The translations under genes were made by a program, and so were the position numbers. A stretch of 64,000 bases of DNA, taken from NCBI RefSeq assembly GCF_037042905.1, contig NC_087252.1:8930001-8994000 (forward strand). Direction: 5' to 3'. How positions within the stretch are numbered: position 1 is the first letter of the stretch; every line of letters begins with the position of its first letter. Under the pieces are notes generated by a model. It saw only the letters and a list, made by a program, of their open reading frames with translations. It had not been told where the DNA came from and searched no databases. The DNA is from Lytechinus pictus. Lineage: Eukaryota. Below are positions 1-13,275 of the stretch, piece after piece.

Positions 1-131
1 ATGAAGTGCTAATTTAGCACTTACAGTGCTTGTATAGTGACTGCACTACGAGTACTGATTTTCTAGTTCAAATTTAAACTAGAAAGTCAGCACTAGTGCA
101 GTAACTATACCAGCACTGTATTTTTTACAGT
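1..131. mobile_element. Right end of a CACT-terminus palindromic MITE
   Basis: Internal palindrome ending ...TTTTTTACAGTG|TA. Confidence 0.6.
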
Positions 132-226
132 GTATAGTTTATATTAAAACGCGATAGACATGGTCCTATGACTGTATTATTTGCGAAGTGCTTGTCCTGC
201 TGTGTTTGCCATTAACACGTGCTTAC

Positions 227-408
227 CGATAAAGTGCTAACGCCATCTTGGTACTGTCTACTTGCTCTTCTTGTGACCGATCTCCCATTGATTGTCCACG
301 TGATATAAGGGGGCGGGAAACCACTCCATGCACAGGTCATGTTCACCATCTGAGAGTGGTAACCATACACCTGTGTATCTGACCGGTCCGTCTGGAGGAA
401 TGGTGCGT
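227..408 (-). CDS. Lachesin-like gene exon 5 (first part of Ig domain 3); gene continues beyond the window start
   Basis: Acceptor ...acacag| in phase 1 (C+AC=His, giving LNVKHAPFLQ) and donor TCG|GTAAGC. Encodes VNMTCAWSGFPPPYITWTING. Confidence 0.9.
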
Positions 409-3400
409 CTGTGTGATGTAAGATCGAGAAACGATATTTATCTGTCAAAATACGAGTTTGGTTACACTCTATAACTATAATATTATGGCATGAAATATCG
501 TAATTCATTCTACACGCACAAGTCTGGAATGCCAAAGTTATTTGTTCCCCCATCTGTATCTCACATGACTGTCTGCATAAAGCGGAGTTTACTTTCCCTT
601 GTTCACTGTTAAATTGTTTCTAAATTGTTTTGTTTCACTTTGTTTGAAGTGGGAATCAGAACAAAACTAATTCAATTGGTGTTCACAATTCTAACATTAT
701 AAATTGTGTTCAGTCAATATTGATATTTTGATGTAAAAGGATGAATGATGCATAGGCTAACCATTTAAGGTACGGATTTGTAATTGAATATTGAAAAAAT
801 TTAAACACATGCACATCAAAATAGCATAAATCATTTGCTGGACCCACGAATTGAGTTTTCTCCCTTGCTTTGATAAGTTCGTTCACCTCACCACGTGGCA
901 TATAATTGCCTCGTTTGTAATTGCTAAAAATAATCTGCGTCATATAGTCTACGAACCATATATAGAAGATATGAATATCAATGTGACCCGCCTGTGGGCA
1001 AGTGGCTTCATATAGGAAACATCGTTGACAGGCAATTATGGTAGCGCAGCAAATAATTCAGTTTTAATATGCCTCTTACAGTGTGCATACGATCTGTTTT
1101 TACCCCACTGGTCCATAAAGTAGTGGATACTCTAAAATGACTGTTAAGAAAACACCATTTAAATGAGACATTAAACCTATTCTGAAGACTCTTCGAATGA
1201 CTTGGTAATGAATATCAATTTTAAAATAAAAATACATTAGTCTCGGATTTATGCGAGAAAAGGAAACACTACAAATCGGTAAGGTTTCAGTTACAAATTA
1301 TATACATGTACCAAGTGTATTGTGCCTGGTGATTATTAATAGGTTAATAACAAAGAACAAAAGAATTGCAAATTTATGCAAAACATTATGTGATAATGTG
1401 GGAAGGGTTTGCCCAGAATTTATACAAAGCTACAGTTCTTTTGCTGTAAGGTAGAAATACCTAGAACACCATTCGCAATTGCCGAATCAGGTGTTCCTAG
1501 AACGATGTGCAATGATGTGACCACTTTAGTATTATAATGTGTGGGCAATAAGGAACGTGCTCGTCCCCTAGTCAGCAGCTAGTGTTAGATAAATAGTAAA
1601 TATAGGGCCATGCATTGCTATGTGAAGGACGTCGTGTCTGAGGGCTTCTTATAACACTGTCTATACAGGATGCAAATACCTATGCGTCTTGCCATGATTA
1701 GCGCGTGCATTTTGAGGCTAGGTTTCAGAAAATCCGCTAAAACATCCTTGTCATTGGCAGTTAAAATCAATTCAACACAAGCCAGACAGTATCGCAGGTT
1801 GTTAGGATGCCCCCAAACACCCACGAAATAGGCTAAAGGAAGTCAAGACTAGAAAGACCACGGACGGAGGGTGGAGCCCTCAGCACCAACCCATGACGCA
1901 TACTTCCTCGCATACTCTTTGGTATGATCACTATGAGTTGTGGGTAGGGTATACAGCGATTATGTTTTGGGAATAAAGATAGTACCAGGCACCTATCCCC
2001 ATACCTAAAAATGATCTCTTAATCTATCCATGAATATTAATAAAATGTTTTATAAAATGCTGACGAGGGCACTGGCAACAACAAACTACTTTTATTGCAA
2101 AATTTCAAAGATTACACGGAATATTTTTAAAAATACTTTCATCTATTGCGCAATATCTAGTAACGTCTCATCTAAGGCGATTAATTTTAATATACGAAAT
2201 AAAGGAACAATATGCTTACAAACATAACATTAAGTATGAAGATAAACTATAATTTCTCAGAGGGCCTATTCCTATTAGATAAAACATTGTTCTATCAATC
2301 TGAGCATTGTAAAAATGGTATACTACTAATTATGCATAAACAAAATATTCAGGTGTGATTTTTTTGCATAATGGATCGGAAACGTGGACAACTTCAAAAC
2401 AACCTGGCTCAGAACAGATAGTCATGGAAGGATCATGAAGAGGGCTACATCCAACAGTGGCTGAACTCTGCCTGATATTCATTACAATTAATCATGTTGA
2501 TTTGGACACAATGTGTATTACTTGAATCAAATATCCATATGGAATGTTTGTGTTATGTGTATAATGCATTACGGTTTAATTTCATGTGAAAGGGGGCATC
2601 TTGCGTTCACTGCTCTAACTATTACGATGTATGTTTCCTGCGCTAATTATTTGGTTTCCTTATTCAGATATCAAGGTAAGCTGTAATCAGCTGGATTGCT
2701 AAGAGAGTAATATTGTCTTGTGATATAAAAAAAAGCTCTAAACATATTTCTCACCATTTTAGTATTCACCAATGCGAACATTTTTCATTTACTTTCTTCA
2801 CTTTCTGCGTAAAAAGGCAATCGACTGCAAAATTTGTGATTGTTTCACAGCCCAATATTATTTGAAAGTGATTTCAATGATTTGCCAACTTCCCCATAAA
2901 TTCATAGGACACAATGATATTCTCTCCTTACATTCAATACTGCAAGTATGTATTACGTGTATTACGTATATATCATTGTTTATTACCCTTGCCACGATGT
3001 ACCTATAGAGCTCGGTAAGGAAGAAACAATACATCGCACTAATGTAAGTATTATTGTCATCCACATTATAAACAATACCTTTAGAATTTTTGTCCATATT
3101 CTACATAACTGTCAGGAGATATTTCAATCGTCAGGTTAGCCTAGACAGTGATTTTAACTTAGCTTTCTTTGTTTTCCAGCACGAAAATTGCATAATCTAT
3201 ACAAGAGGTACATAAAAAAAAAATAATAAGATATGGTATTATGGTAAATAAAATCGAACTTATCAACCACCTGACGACAGCGCACTCTGATTCAAATGTT
3301 GTTTTACCAAATGTGGTGAATTGGATGAAAATTGCCATATTGCAAATGTTTAAAAATTCTAAAATGTCCTAAGGACCTAACAGTTATCTGCAATTTATCG

Positions 3401-4154
3401 CAAGAAATGTCAAAGCTTCCCCAGTAATCGTCATCTAATTTTCATCCTCGATTCAATATTTGGGGTATGCATATATCGTATTATTACCCCCCTCATCATG
3501 GAGAGATCAGCAAGGAGGCAACAACATATACTGCTTTGGGAATTATCGTGTTTCATGTATGTAATGCAAATTAGAGATAGTGCCAATGTTATTCAACTAT
3601 TCAACCTATCTTACCACACATTGCTCGTCAGAAAAGCCTTGAGATTGACTCCAACATTGCTTTATTTGGTCATCTGAGCTAAATATACATATTCTACCAT
3701 TTCCATGTACAGTGAACCAATTAGTTCAGTTGGGATGAACAAGATTTGTATTGTACCCTCGCATTTAATCCCAAGACTTGTAATCGATTTCAGAACCTGA
3801 AGTTGGTTGCAACTGATATCAGGTGTTTGGTAACTAACCTATATATTCCTTGCCTTACCATCCTTGGTTGTTTCTTCAAATCAATATTGCAAGTATCGCT
3901 TTACATCATTGGATATTACCCCTCTCTTCATGGAGAGCTCAATGAGGAGGTAACAACATAATTATCTAAATATTATCGTGCCTCGTGTTAATAACAATAT
4001 ATTCACGGATTCTGCACATATTCATCGTCCTTCTAACCACAATTTGGTTGTTATAACAGCCTTGGCAGTGATTTACCATTGTTTTATTAAGGGCTCTGCA
4101 CAGACACGTAAATATACATAATTTACCAATTTCATATACAGCGAATCAATTCAC

Positions 4155-5247
4155 ATTCATTTTTTTTTATTCATTTATTGATTCCACTTTTAAAACAAAT
4201 AACATAATGTACATAACAAATGTATTCGTAAACATAGTGTATCAAAGATCAAATTAAATATCTAACATAAGTATTTAAACATAAGGTACACTACAAAATG
4301 TAAAAAAGGTGAGGAGCCTAAATAAAAAGCAGAGCTTGTAGAAAATTAGGCTCCCATTGGGAGAAAATATAAGTTGTTACTTTGGGCGAACAAATGTGGA
4401 AACGGAATACATATTTATTACATTGAATGTTTTACACAAAATATATCGAAAGGCATCAAGTAACCAGAAAATGATGAAGTAGAAAAAGAATAACATTAGT
4501 AAGATAAAATGAAATTGGAAAACGACCAAAAGATGGAGGGGGAGTCAAGGGATAAATAATAGAGTATAAGAAAGAAAGAATATAAAAACATAATTATAAT
4601 TATAATTATTATTATTAATATCATTATTATTTGCAGTCATCAGTACGATCCAGCATTGTACCTCTCTAAGAGGTATAACTTAAGCTTGCGTTTGAAACAA
4701 TTGAGAGAGGGGCTATCAACCAGTTCGTTATCTAGGCTGTTCCAGAATTTGGGTCCTGTTGTAGTAAAAGTGCTATTTGCAAAAACAGTTCGGGTTTGTG
4801 GGAGGTGGTAATGATTAGCTTGTCTAGTTGAATGGGAATGTAAAATGAAATTGCGTTGAAATAATGGCGCAAAGGCATCTGGTAAATTGTCATTCTTAAG
4901 TTCGAACATAAATATACCAAGGTTGTACAAATATAAATCAGATAGTTTCAAGATTTTGCAATCATGAAAAAGGTTGTTTGTATGAGCACGAAATCCAGCG
5001 TTATTGATTATTCTTATAACACGCTTTTGGACAATGTTAATTTTATCCAAGAGGGTTTTGGAGCTATTGCCTCATGTTAGAATACAGTAATTGATGTAGG
5101 GCAAGATTAGAGCAGAATAAAGTATACGCAACACATGAAAGGGTACAAAGTGTTTCAGTTTGTTTATCACACCAGTGTTACGAGATAATATTTTACATAA
5201 GGAATCAATCTGTACCCGCCAAGAAATATGCTCATTGGATAACACCT
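4155..5247 (-). mobile_element. 5'-truncated, degenerate CR1/L2-group (Crack/Daphne-like) LINE
   Basis: ORF2 C-terminal motifs LYSALILPYINYC..., QKRVIRII...HTNNLF, HSHSTR and GPKFWNSL...FKRKLK, with in-frame stops upstream of 5050. 3'UTR stem-loop near 4310-4355 and an A-rich tail near 4155-4180. Confidence 0.88.
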
Positions 5248-6150
5248 GACCGATTGTTGACTGTATTTTGCAATCAACTGCAAGACTTGTGATTTATTTC
5301 AGAGTCTGTTACTTCCGACCGTATTGATTACTCTTGATTTCTTATTCCAATCAATAATTGAAGTAGACCTTTTCTATCATTAATATACATTACCCTTGCC
5401 ACTATGGAGAGATATGTCTGGAAGAAACAACATATTGCATTGCAATTGCAAGATATCTTGTTGATTTCATAAGCTGAAATTCCCTCCAATTTATTGCGAG
5501 ATTTGGGCAGTTAAATAAAAAAAAAATGAAAAAGACGAACTGCGATCTGTAGATGCCACTGCAAGATCAGAAGAAATATGATATTTCCCTGCCTTCTAGT
5601 CTGAATCGGCATCGAATAAATACTACTTTATTTGCTTTACGTGACAATGATGCAACAGTAGTCATTGTAAGATTGGATGTTGATTTGATGATCTAATCAA
5701 TATAGAATAAGACTCTCTTGGTCATGGTAATTAGTACGTGACCCGCTAGAAAATGAGATACTGTATACAGCCATATGCCTGGCTGTTATTGTAAAACGCA
5801 TGAGATCAGTTTCGATTTCATTTCTAAAGACGATGAGATAATATCTGTCTACATGCATATCATATTTCTAACACTTAGTAAATTTGACATGAACAAACAT
5901 GATGAGTGTTAAGCATGATGTCTGAAACATGGTGATTCAATATACGTTCTGTATACTGTTTCTGTTTCATATTCCGAAAGAGAATTCGACATTATTACAA
6001 ATTCGGGAATTTTTTTTTTTGTTGGATTTTTACCAATTTATCATTTTACACTCATCTGCCAATTCAAACTGATAACACGATCTTGTTTAATTAATTGTTT
6101 GGTAAAGCAGGATTTACTCAGTGAAATTAAATATCATTCCTATGTAATAT

Positions 6151-6433
6151 GTGACCTGCCACCCCAAACCAACAATATGTCGACCAAAATTAATATTAAG
6201 ATTTGTTATTGAGCTTGAAAATTAATTTCATAAGCTTTAAAATGATCATATTTAATATGTTAAAATTGACCAACAATAACCATTAAAAGTACTTGATTGA
6301 ACGCAGAGAAAATTCAGCAAAGAGCTTTAAAAATAAGGAGAAAAAAGGTTTGAAGTTGAATAAATTACTATTTTGGCTATTTACAGAGAACCTTACCTGG
6401 CGACTTATTGGTGGTTTTGTGGTGGTAGGTCAA
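6151..6433. mobile_element. MITE with ATAT TSD (Sola1-like)
   Basis: TIR GTGACCTGCCACC...TGTCG / CGACTTA...GGTGGTAGGTCAA, flanked by ATAT on both sides. Confidence 0.6.
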
Positions 6434-6707
6434 ATATATGTCTTAGAAGTGCCGAGCTTACAATGCCGAACAGCTCAACCCGGTCTCTGTGACCAAACAA
6501 GTACTTCACACTTTACTTTTATATCGTAGAAGGTTTAATACACTATCAAATGCAAACATCCTCCATAAAACTTCATAAAGCTGTTACATAAATGGTGACT
6601 TCGCTAACAATACACAATCAGAATCACTATATCAACGTGATATGATTTTGTATACTTTTTATATTATATACATAAACACAACTTTAATGAATTGTTATCA
6701 TACTTAC

Positions 6708-6974
6708 GTTTTACATTTAAGCTCATCGGCTGTGAGATGACAGCTAGGGAGTTTCTTGCCTCACATATAAACCTTCCGCCATCGGATATTGATGCTATCC
6801 GTACTGATAATACCCGGCCTGCTGATACTCGACGACCATTAGGGAGAAGTTGACCCGGGTTTGGCCTCCTCCAAGAGGTAGTCGGTTCCGGATCGCCGGT
6901 AGCATTACATTCTAGCCGAACCGTTGACCCGATGGTTGTTTGTACCGTTGGTGTGATATATGCTATAGATGGGG
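6708..6974 (-). CDS. Lachesin-like gene exon 4 (Ig domain 2, I-set)
   Basis: Phase 1-1 exon of 267 nt with acceptor ttttcatttaaag| and donor C|GTAAGT. PSI...GSTVRLECNATGDPEPTTSWRR...LLPNG...DGGRFICEARN closely follows the lachesin Ig2 pattern. Confidence 0.93.
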
Positions 6975-7036
6975 CTTTAAATGAAAATAATGGAGCAAAT
7001 GTGGTCATTATTGCGTTTTGCTCTAGTACAATCAGG

Positions 7037-7486
7037 TAGTGTTTGCAACACTATGCAGACGCATTCTGGAACGTAGAGAACCTAATATTCTCAAAAGCCG
7101 TTCATGACGAAGCAGTCATTGTCGAAAATCGGTGAATTGGGATATCCGTGTCTTGGACGACATGTTTGCAATCTTTCGTCAGCTAAGAATTTTACAACGA
7201 TCTGGGGAGCGTTTCATCAACATTTTTATCCGACAAGTTGTCAGATCTGACAACTTTCCCTGATTTTGATTGGCTGAGAGGCATTGTTCCTATGGAAACT
7301 GTCAGATAATTTGGGACTTGTCGGATAAAAAGTCCGACAAGTCCTTTCACGAAACACCCCCCAGCTTTCCCGGCGCACAAATTTTAGACAAAGACCTCTC
7401 CGCTGTCAATTGTGATTCGACGGGCTTTTTCAATAGATTAACTTTGTTGTAGAATCCGTCCCCGTTGAAACTGAGAAAAGTCGCTA
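7037..7486. mobile_element. TAG...CTA (Academ-like) old repeat, copy 1, interrupted by a Harbinger-like MITE at 7205-7361
   Basis: Aligns by eye with 14129-14696 and 26543-26805. Inner MITE reads CTG|GGGAGCGTTTC...GAAACACCCCC|CAG. Confidence 0.6.
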
Positions 7487-7526
7487 TCATCAAAGTAACT
7501 TATAACGTTTCATCGGACAAACAATA

Positions 7527-8562
7527 CAGCGCGTCCCAAAAAAATTGTCCCTCTGATATGCGGCTAAATTACTTCAAAAAATAAAAATTATTCTCAATGA
7601 AATGTATGGATTTAGGAAGCTCATATCATGTTCTAACTTCTATAAAAATTTCATTGATCTCGCTTCAGCAGGTTCAGTGGTTTTGAATACACAGTCTGTT
7701 ATTTAACAGTGGTGCTTTTCAGCCCATTCCAAGTTTGCATGTATGCAGCACTGCTGTGTGTTCTGCACTTTCTAGCATATCAACCCCCTTAGAAAGTTCT
7801 GACCAAGGAATTCCCTGATCTGACCAGGGAAATCTCCATGATCTAACCAGGCTCGTCAAATCACAACCTTTAGCATGTTCAGAAGGGCAAAAACAATATT
7901 TGACAGTTCATTTCATGTTTGATAACAGGAGATGCACAATGATTAAGACAACAGGTCATGTCTGTTTCATGCCTAATTCATGACTAATACTGCATTTTTG
8001 TTTTCATTATTTTTTTAGTTAATAAGCTACTGTTGTTAAGTTAATCCAATGTAACTTAAAAAAGTCAAATATTTCTCTGGTAAAGTTCCTTTTCGCAAAG
8101 GGTGATTAACTTGTGGATTACCCTTTATTTTCAGCTTATTTTACTCAACCATCATTCACATTTTCTATCCAAGATGTTGCACTGATCCCCCTTATCAATC
8201 ATCAAACAATCTTAATTTGTATGTTTCTTATCCTTCTAAACATGCCAAAGTTTATGATTTGATGAGCCTGGATATGATAAGGGAAATGTCCCTGCTCAGA
8301 TTCTTGATGTAAAAATTTGAGTTGATATGCCACACACAATGCAGAAATGCATCAATGCTGCAAACTTGGAATGGGCTAAAACACACCACTTGCACGTAAC
8401 AGAGTGTGTATTCAAAACCGCTGAAGCGTGACCAATGACATTTTCATAGAAGTTAGATCAGGAGATGAGCTTTCCACTCATGAACATTTATTTGAGGGTA
8501 CTACCACATTTTATAATTAATTCAGCCCTATGTCAGAGGGACATTTTGGGGGGGACGCGCTG
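7527..8562. mobile_element. Non-autonomous Tc1/mariner-like element
   Basis: TA|CAGCGCGTCCC...GGGACGCGCTG|TA, with imperfect inverted repeats extending ~220 bp. Confidence 0.85.
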
Positions 8563-9570
8563 TATTCCAAGTAATGCAAATATCCCCTAAGAACACACGA
8601 TTTAACTGTGTATTCCCGAATGCCTTTTTCTTTATATTATAAGCGTTTGTTTTACCAAAAAATAATTACCGGCAAACAAACAATAGCATTGTCATTGCTT
8701 GATGGAAACCCTCAGGCCTAGGTGAAGGGTCTGAAATAGATTATCCATAACCTTGCTCCTTAACAGAAACTAAACAATTTTTCATATTTATATATACATT
8801 TATCATGTATTTTTCAACAAATATGAGCTTATTTTGAGGTATTCATCACAATCCTTTAGAAAATGCCAACCGCTGAATGCGTCTAATACTGAATTTAAGG
8901 TGAGCGAGCAGTCCGTGCCTTCACAAAAAAAATAAAACATAAGTCAACCGAATTTGACAAGAGAGCAGACTACCCCTTTGAATATTATTAACAATGGCTG
9001 AATTTAAGATTCAGCCATTTTGCCCATTTTCAAAATAGTCAGAGTTTAAAGTGAATATTTTTTACGTTATTCTAGGTGTGGTCTCATAAAAAATGGCATT
9101 CATTTTAAGAAACTCATTCTATTTTTTAATTTACATATAACAGAATTTACCGATGCCGAGGGTTTACAAAAGTAATCAAGATGGGTTTCGTGTATATCAA
9201 AGCAACGTTATACTTTGATCATGTCGATGGTATACAGAAATATAGGGCAAGTCCTCAATGTCGCATAACCCTGGGTTAGTCTGCAGACACAGACCCTGAT
9301 TGAAATTCTGATCATCAAGTGTGTCTCCACACAAAGACAAGCACACACAAAACTTGCTGTTTAAAGTGTCTTCAGTACACAAGGCATGAGTAGGCTGCAA
9401 TTCAGACCCTTTACTCTAGTGAAGGGTTTACACAGCAGACTAACCCTGGATCATGACTGTTAATTAATTGAGGTTATCTATTTCGCTTTGCCATGCCATT
9501 CTATGAACATGTCGAATCACGATCCTCGGTTGCTTTTGTGGATTTCCTGTGGTGTTCGATTACATGCTCT

Positions 9571-9927
9571 CGCTGGCGTACCTAGGATTTTCCAGAAGGG
9601 GGGCAAATTTTTTGGAGGATATTTCGTCCGCGAAAAAAATTGACAAGAAAAAAAAAAAAAAAGGTCATCAACCAAAAAAAAGGATTCCTTACCAGAAACA
9701 AATTGGACAAGCAAAAAAAAAAATAAATGTCTTCAACCAAAAAATGGATTTCTTACCAGTAACAAAAAATTGCCAAGCAAAAAAAAAGAAGAAAAAAAAG
9801 GTATTCAGGTTACCCTGTATCAGTTGTGACTCGTCAGGGGGGCAGGGATACGTCCCCTGCATGAGTTGTGACTCGTCAGGGGGAAGTCTGCCCCCCTGCC
9901 CCCCCCCCCCCCCTTGGTACGCTAGTG
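9571..9927. mobile_element. hAT-like MITE
   Basis: TIR CGCTGGCGTACC / GGTACGCTAGTG and 8-bp TSD CATGCTCT/CGTGCTCT. Confidence 0.75.
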
Positions 9928-10289
9928 CGTGCTCTTAAAGACCTTCGAAGTCTACATTTGGCTGTTGTATTAATCTTTTGAATCAAATACAATGCATGGA
10001 ATCTCGAATCCCGATGCATCGCGATGTGATTAGCAAATTATAATTCATCAACAATATTGAGTATGGAATCTTGTTTTTTTCATTATACTCAAAAGTGCAT
10101 TGCAGCTGAGGTCAAATGCGCATTATTTAATTTCACGGAATGGATTATGTCAGAGGAAAAAAATGAGAAAAAATATAGATAACAATGAAAAATTATGACG
10201 TCGTCATAGAAATAAAAATTAAAATCAACCCATCCTAAGTTGAGACAACTGCCAGAACTGTACTAAATCTACAGCTTTCAAAGGCGCTT

Positions 10290-10786
10290 TTGTATTTTAA
10301 AAACTGGTTTGAAAATTGTTCGAGTATTTTCTATCACCAGAAAACGTACGAAGGTTTGACCATTCAACCATTCCGGAAAGCGTAAAGTTTTGCCAGTCCA
10401 TCTTCGCGATATTTGGAAAACGTTTAGTCAAAAAACCATAATATACCTTTTAATTGCCTATCAAATACATTCCTGCAATCCATACAACCTTCAATATTTC
10501 CTTCACTTGACTGACCTCCAAGAAGTCATTCTTAAATCCCCTGTCAAGCAGGGATCTTCTTAATCTCACATGAAATACGTTCAATGAGCAAATATATGAC
10601 GTATCCATTCCATGTGTCATTGGCTACATACTGATGATACTTTGGAGGAGATCCCTCAAGATGTCATCATGACCTAACACATTATTCATAAGCAACAAAA
10701 ATTCATCATAAACCTTCTTTTAATCTGAAAGATTCATGGATAATCTTTCTGGAAATGTTTAAGGGCACGGATTGAGACGTACCACC
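10290..10786 (-). pseudogene. Decayed coding-like exon, possibly death-effector-domain (DED)-like
   Basis: Good acceptor tgttctgtttacag|, then ~150 codons in one frame with three stops. Contains VYDEFLLLMNNVLGHDDILRDLL and LLDRGFKNDFLEVSQVKEILKV. Confidence 0.3.
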
Positions 10787-12175
10787 TGTAAACAGAACAC
10801 GTAATTACCCTGTTAAGTCCACTTTCATATTGATAAGGACGCTCTCAAACCCGAATGGAAAATTACTTAAACATGCTTTTAAAAATGAAAATTAAAAAAA
10901 CGGGTGTTTGGGTAAGAATCTATAATAATTCTAACAAACATAACGATAGCTATGAATAAAAAAAAATATATATATTTCATGTCTATCGGTATTAAAATTT
11001 GAAGCACGTGTGATGTCACTTTTATCAATTTGCTCACCAATGCACAAAATGACTTTATAAAAGCCATATGCTTCAAATTATTTACTCAAAAATAAGTTCT
11101 TTATAGTGCCGACTTATAATAGTACGCTATTCATTTGTTTATGACCACACCTTGCAGGTATTATGTACTACTAAGAGTAACCACACATTCTTCATAATTG
11201 AATACTTGTCGAATTGGCGAGTTATCTCTAGCACTTTTCGCAATCCACCCACCGCCGCGTTGCCAATTTGGGATTAATAATGTTGTAGTGATTTCATGTT
11301 TTAACAGCCATCACGTTTGTATTCCCGGATGGTGTTTCTTAAAGGTTTTAATGAATTATGCACGATTTTACTCACTACCACTGTCTTCAAATTTTTAACC
11401 ATGAGCATCTTAACAGCATGAATTACATCCCCACTTAATTCACTGTACGAAAAAACTGTGAGCACGCTATGAACTCACTGTGCAAAACTGTGTTCTTCCT
11501 ATTATGGACATTTTATCTTAATATTAACAGTTGAATTGTGTTCCCTTCACAAAATGTCTATATACACGCAGTTGCCAAGTTGGCCATCTGTTTCCATCTT
11601 GATTAGCATAAAACAAGTCATAATGACTATGTCTTATTTTGGTACCCAAGGGTTTGAAGTTGATTCTTATCTTCGTTTCCTCTCTACTTTCCTTTGAAAT
11701 CCAGGCACTGTATACAGTAGCTAGGAATACATCTCAAAACGTGTCTGGGATGCAGACATCGAGTACGTTTCTAAGACAATTACATGTAGTTGTAGCGCTC
11801 ATTACGTGATACTTGTTATCTTGAAGCCGCAAACTCTGTGTTTGTCAAAACGTTTCCCATGTGGTCCGAAATTAATCCAATTGAATCCATTATCCTTTCA
11901 TTTTTGTCATGGCTAATTGTCCTTTTTCTTGTCCATTGATATTTCAGAAAGTAACTACAAGTAATTATATGATTCCTTATAATGATTTTTTATTAATGTA
12001 CACCACTTGCTTGCTCTTTATTGCTAGATATCCGTGTAATCGTCTTTTCACTTATTTTCTTTTCGATTATAAGGAAATGATAGTCTGCAACACCCCCCCC
12101 CCACACACACACACAAACCCTATTCCCACAATGTTTGGTTTTCTTTAATGGAACCTTTTCCAAGTTTGTACTCAC

Positions 12176-12347
12176 CACCAATGCGCAATTCTGCTATAGC
12201 CTGTGAAGTAGCCCCATTGGCTTGTACTTTACATTTCCAAGGCCCGGCATCATCTACATGTGCGTTTGATATTTCTAGTGTGAACTGTCCCCGGATAGAA
12301 GTATCTATCGAGTATCGCTCTCTCGATTCCGCCTTTTTCGTTTTTAC
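12176..12347 (-). CDS. Lachesin-like gene exon 3 (second half of Ig domain 1)
   Basis: Acceptor cccctttgcag| (phase 0) and donor G|GTGAGT (phase 1). Encodes RYSID...FTLEISNAHVDDAGPWKCKV, the Ig DxGx(Y/W)xC motif. Confidence 0.92.
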
Positions 12348-13123
12348 CTGCAAAGGGGTGGGGAATAGTGATAAAGTTTTTCCAATACACACTAACAAGT
12401 TTCAAGTATGAACCATATTAAAATGAAAGACTGCCGACATCCGTTTGGAGGATTTTTTTCCCCTTTAGAGTGAGGTGCGAACATGAATCTCTTTTGTTCC
12501 TGTTTATATTTTGAAGTGCCCACTTGTACCTCACATATGCTAAGGGTGTTTCATTTGTTTTTCTTTAAAAAGTGCAAATTTGCATCTTCCCTAAAGGGTT
12601 CTTCTCTGCACCCTATGGAGAGTTTGAAATGTCGCTAACTGCAATTTCGGAGGAGCTACAAGCTCCATTATGGGCACAATTGCACAGAAATGAGTGCCTT
12701 CAGTTTTGCATTTCAATAACGCAGTTTTTTAAAGTCGCCCTGCATGTGTGATTGTTATGTTTTTGGAGCCGTTTTAGATTAGGCTACAATCGTTTTGCAC
12801 ATTTGGTTATTAGTCTGCTTATAATGGCGAACACACTTCATCAATTGAATATTGTTTTGTTTAACAATTATCCAATAATAATATTGTAATATTGATAGCT
12901 TTTTTCGGTGGGTTATGGAAATCTAAATTAACGGAAATGAGCATACAGTAACGAACTGTAGGCCCTGAAAAAAACGATATGGCATCAATATGGTGTTCCT
13001 AAGCCTTTTTTATATCAATGATGCGATAGTCACATGGAACTGGTTTTGGAACTCCATTTTGTTTAACTTTTGAGATGTGAGATTTGAATATGAGTGATTA
13101 ATAAAAGGTCAACGGTCACTTAC

Positions 13124-13275
13124 CCCACTATCTACCATTTGAAGGTCATGGTGATACCATGTGAACGAGGAGGAATCTGGCGACGTCGCTGTATCACTGC
13201 AGGTTAGTTGAATGTTGGCTCCGATCTGAAAGGGGCCTTTGGCTGGCACAGTGTTGATGACAACTGCACCAAATA
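13124..13275 (-). CDS. Lachesin-like gene exon 2 (first half of N-terminal V-type Ig domain)
   Basis: Acceptor ttttcatattcaacag| (phase 1) and donor GGG|GTAAGT (phase 0). Encodes FGAVVINTVPAKGPFQIGANIQLTCSD...FTWYHHDLQMVDSG with the Ig B-strand Cys and C-strand Trp. Confidence 0.88.

Noticed and set aside
1618..1950. Possible DIRS/tyrosine-recombinase remnant on the minus strand
   Set aside because: Only vague similarity, with stops, and no catalytic motif can be established by eye.
2370..2410. GSETWTTSKQ, resembling the RTE-LINE YGSETW motif
   Set aside because: Too short and without supporting flanking homology.
2668..2675. 8-nt plus-strand micro-exon (ttcag|ATATCAAG|gtaagc)
   Set aside because: Signals are good but there is no partner exon or frame to support it, and such matches are expected by chance.
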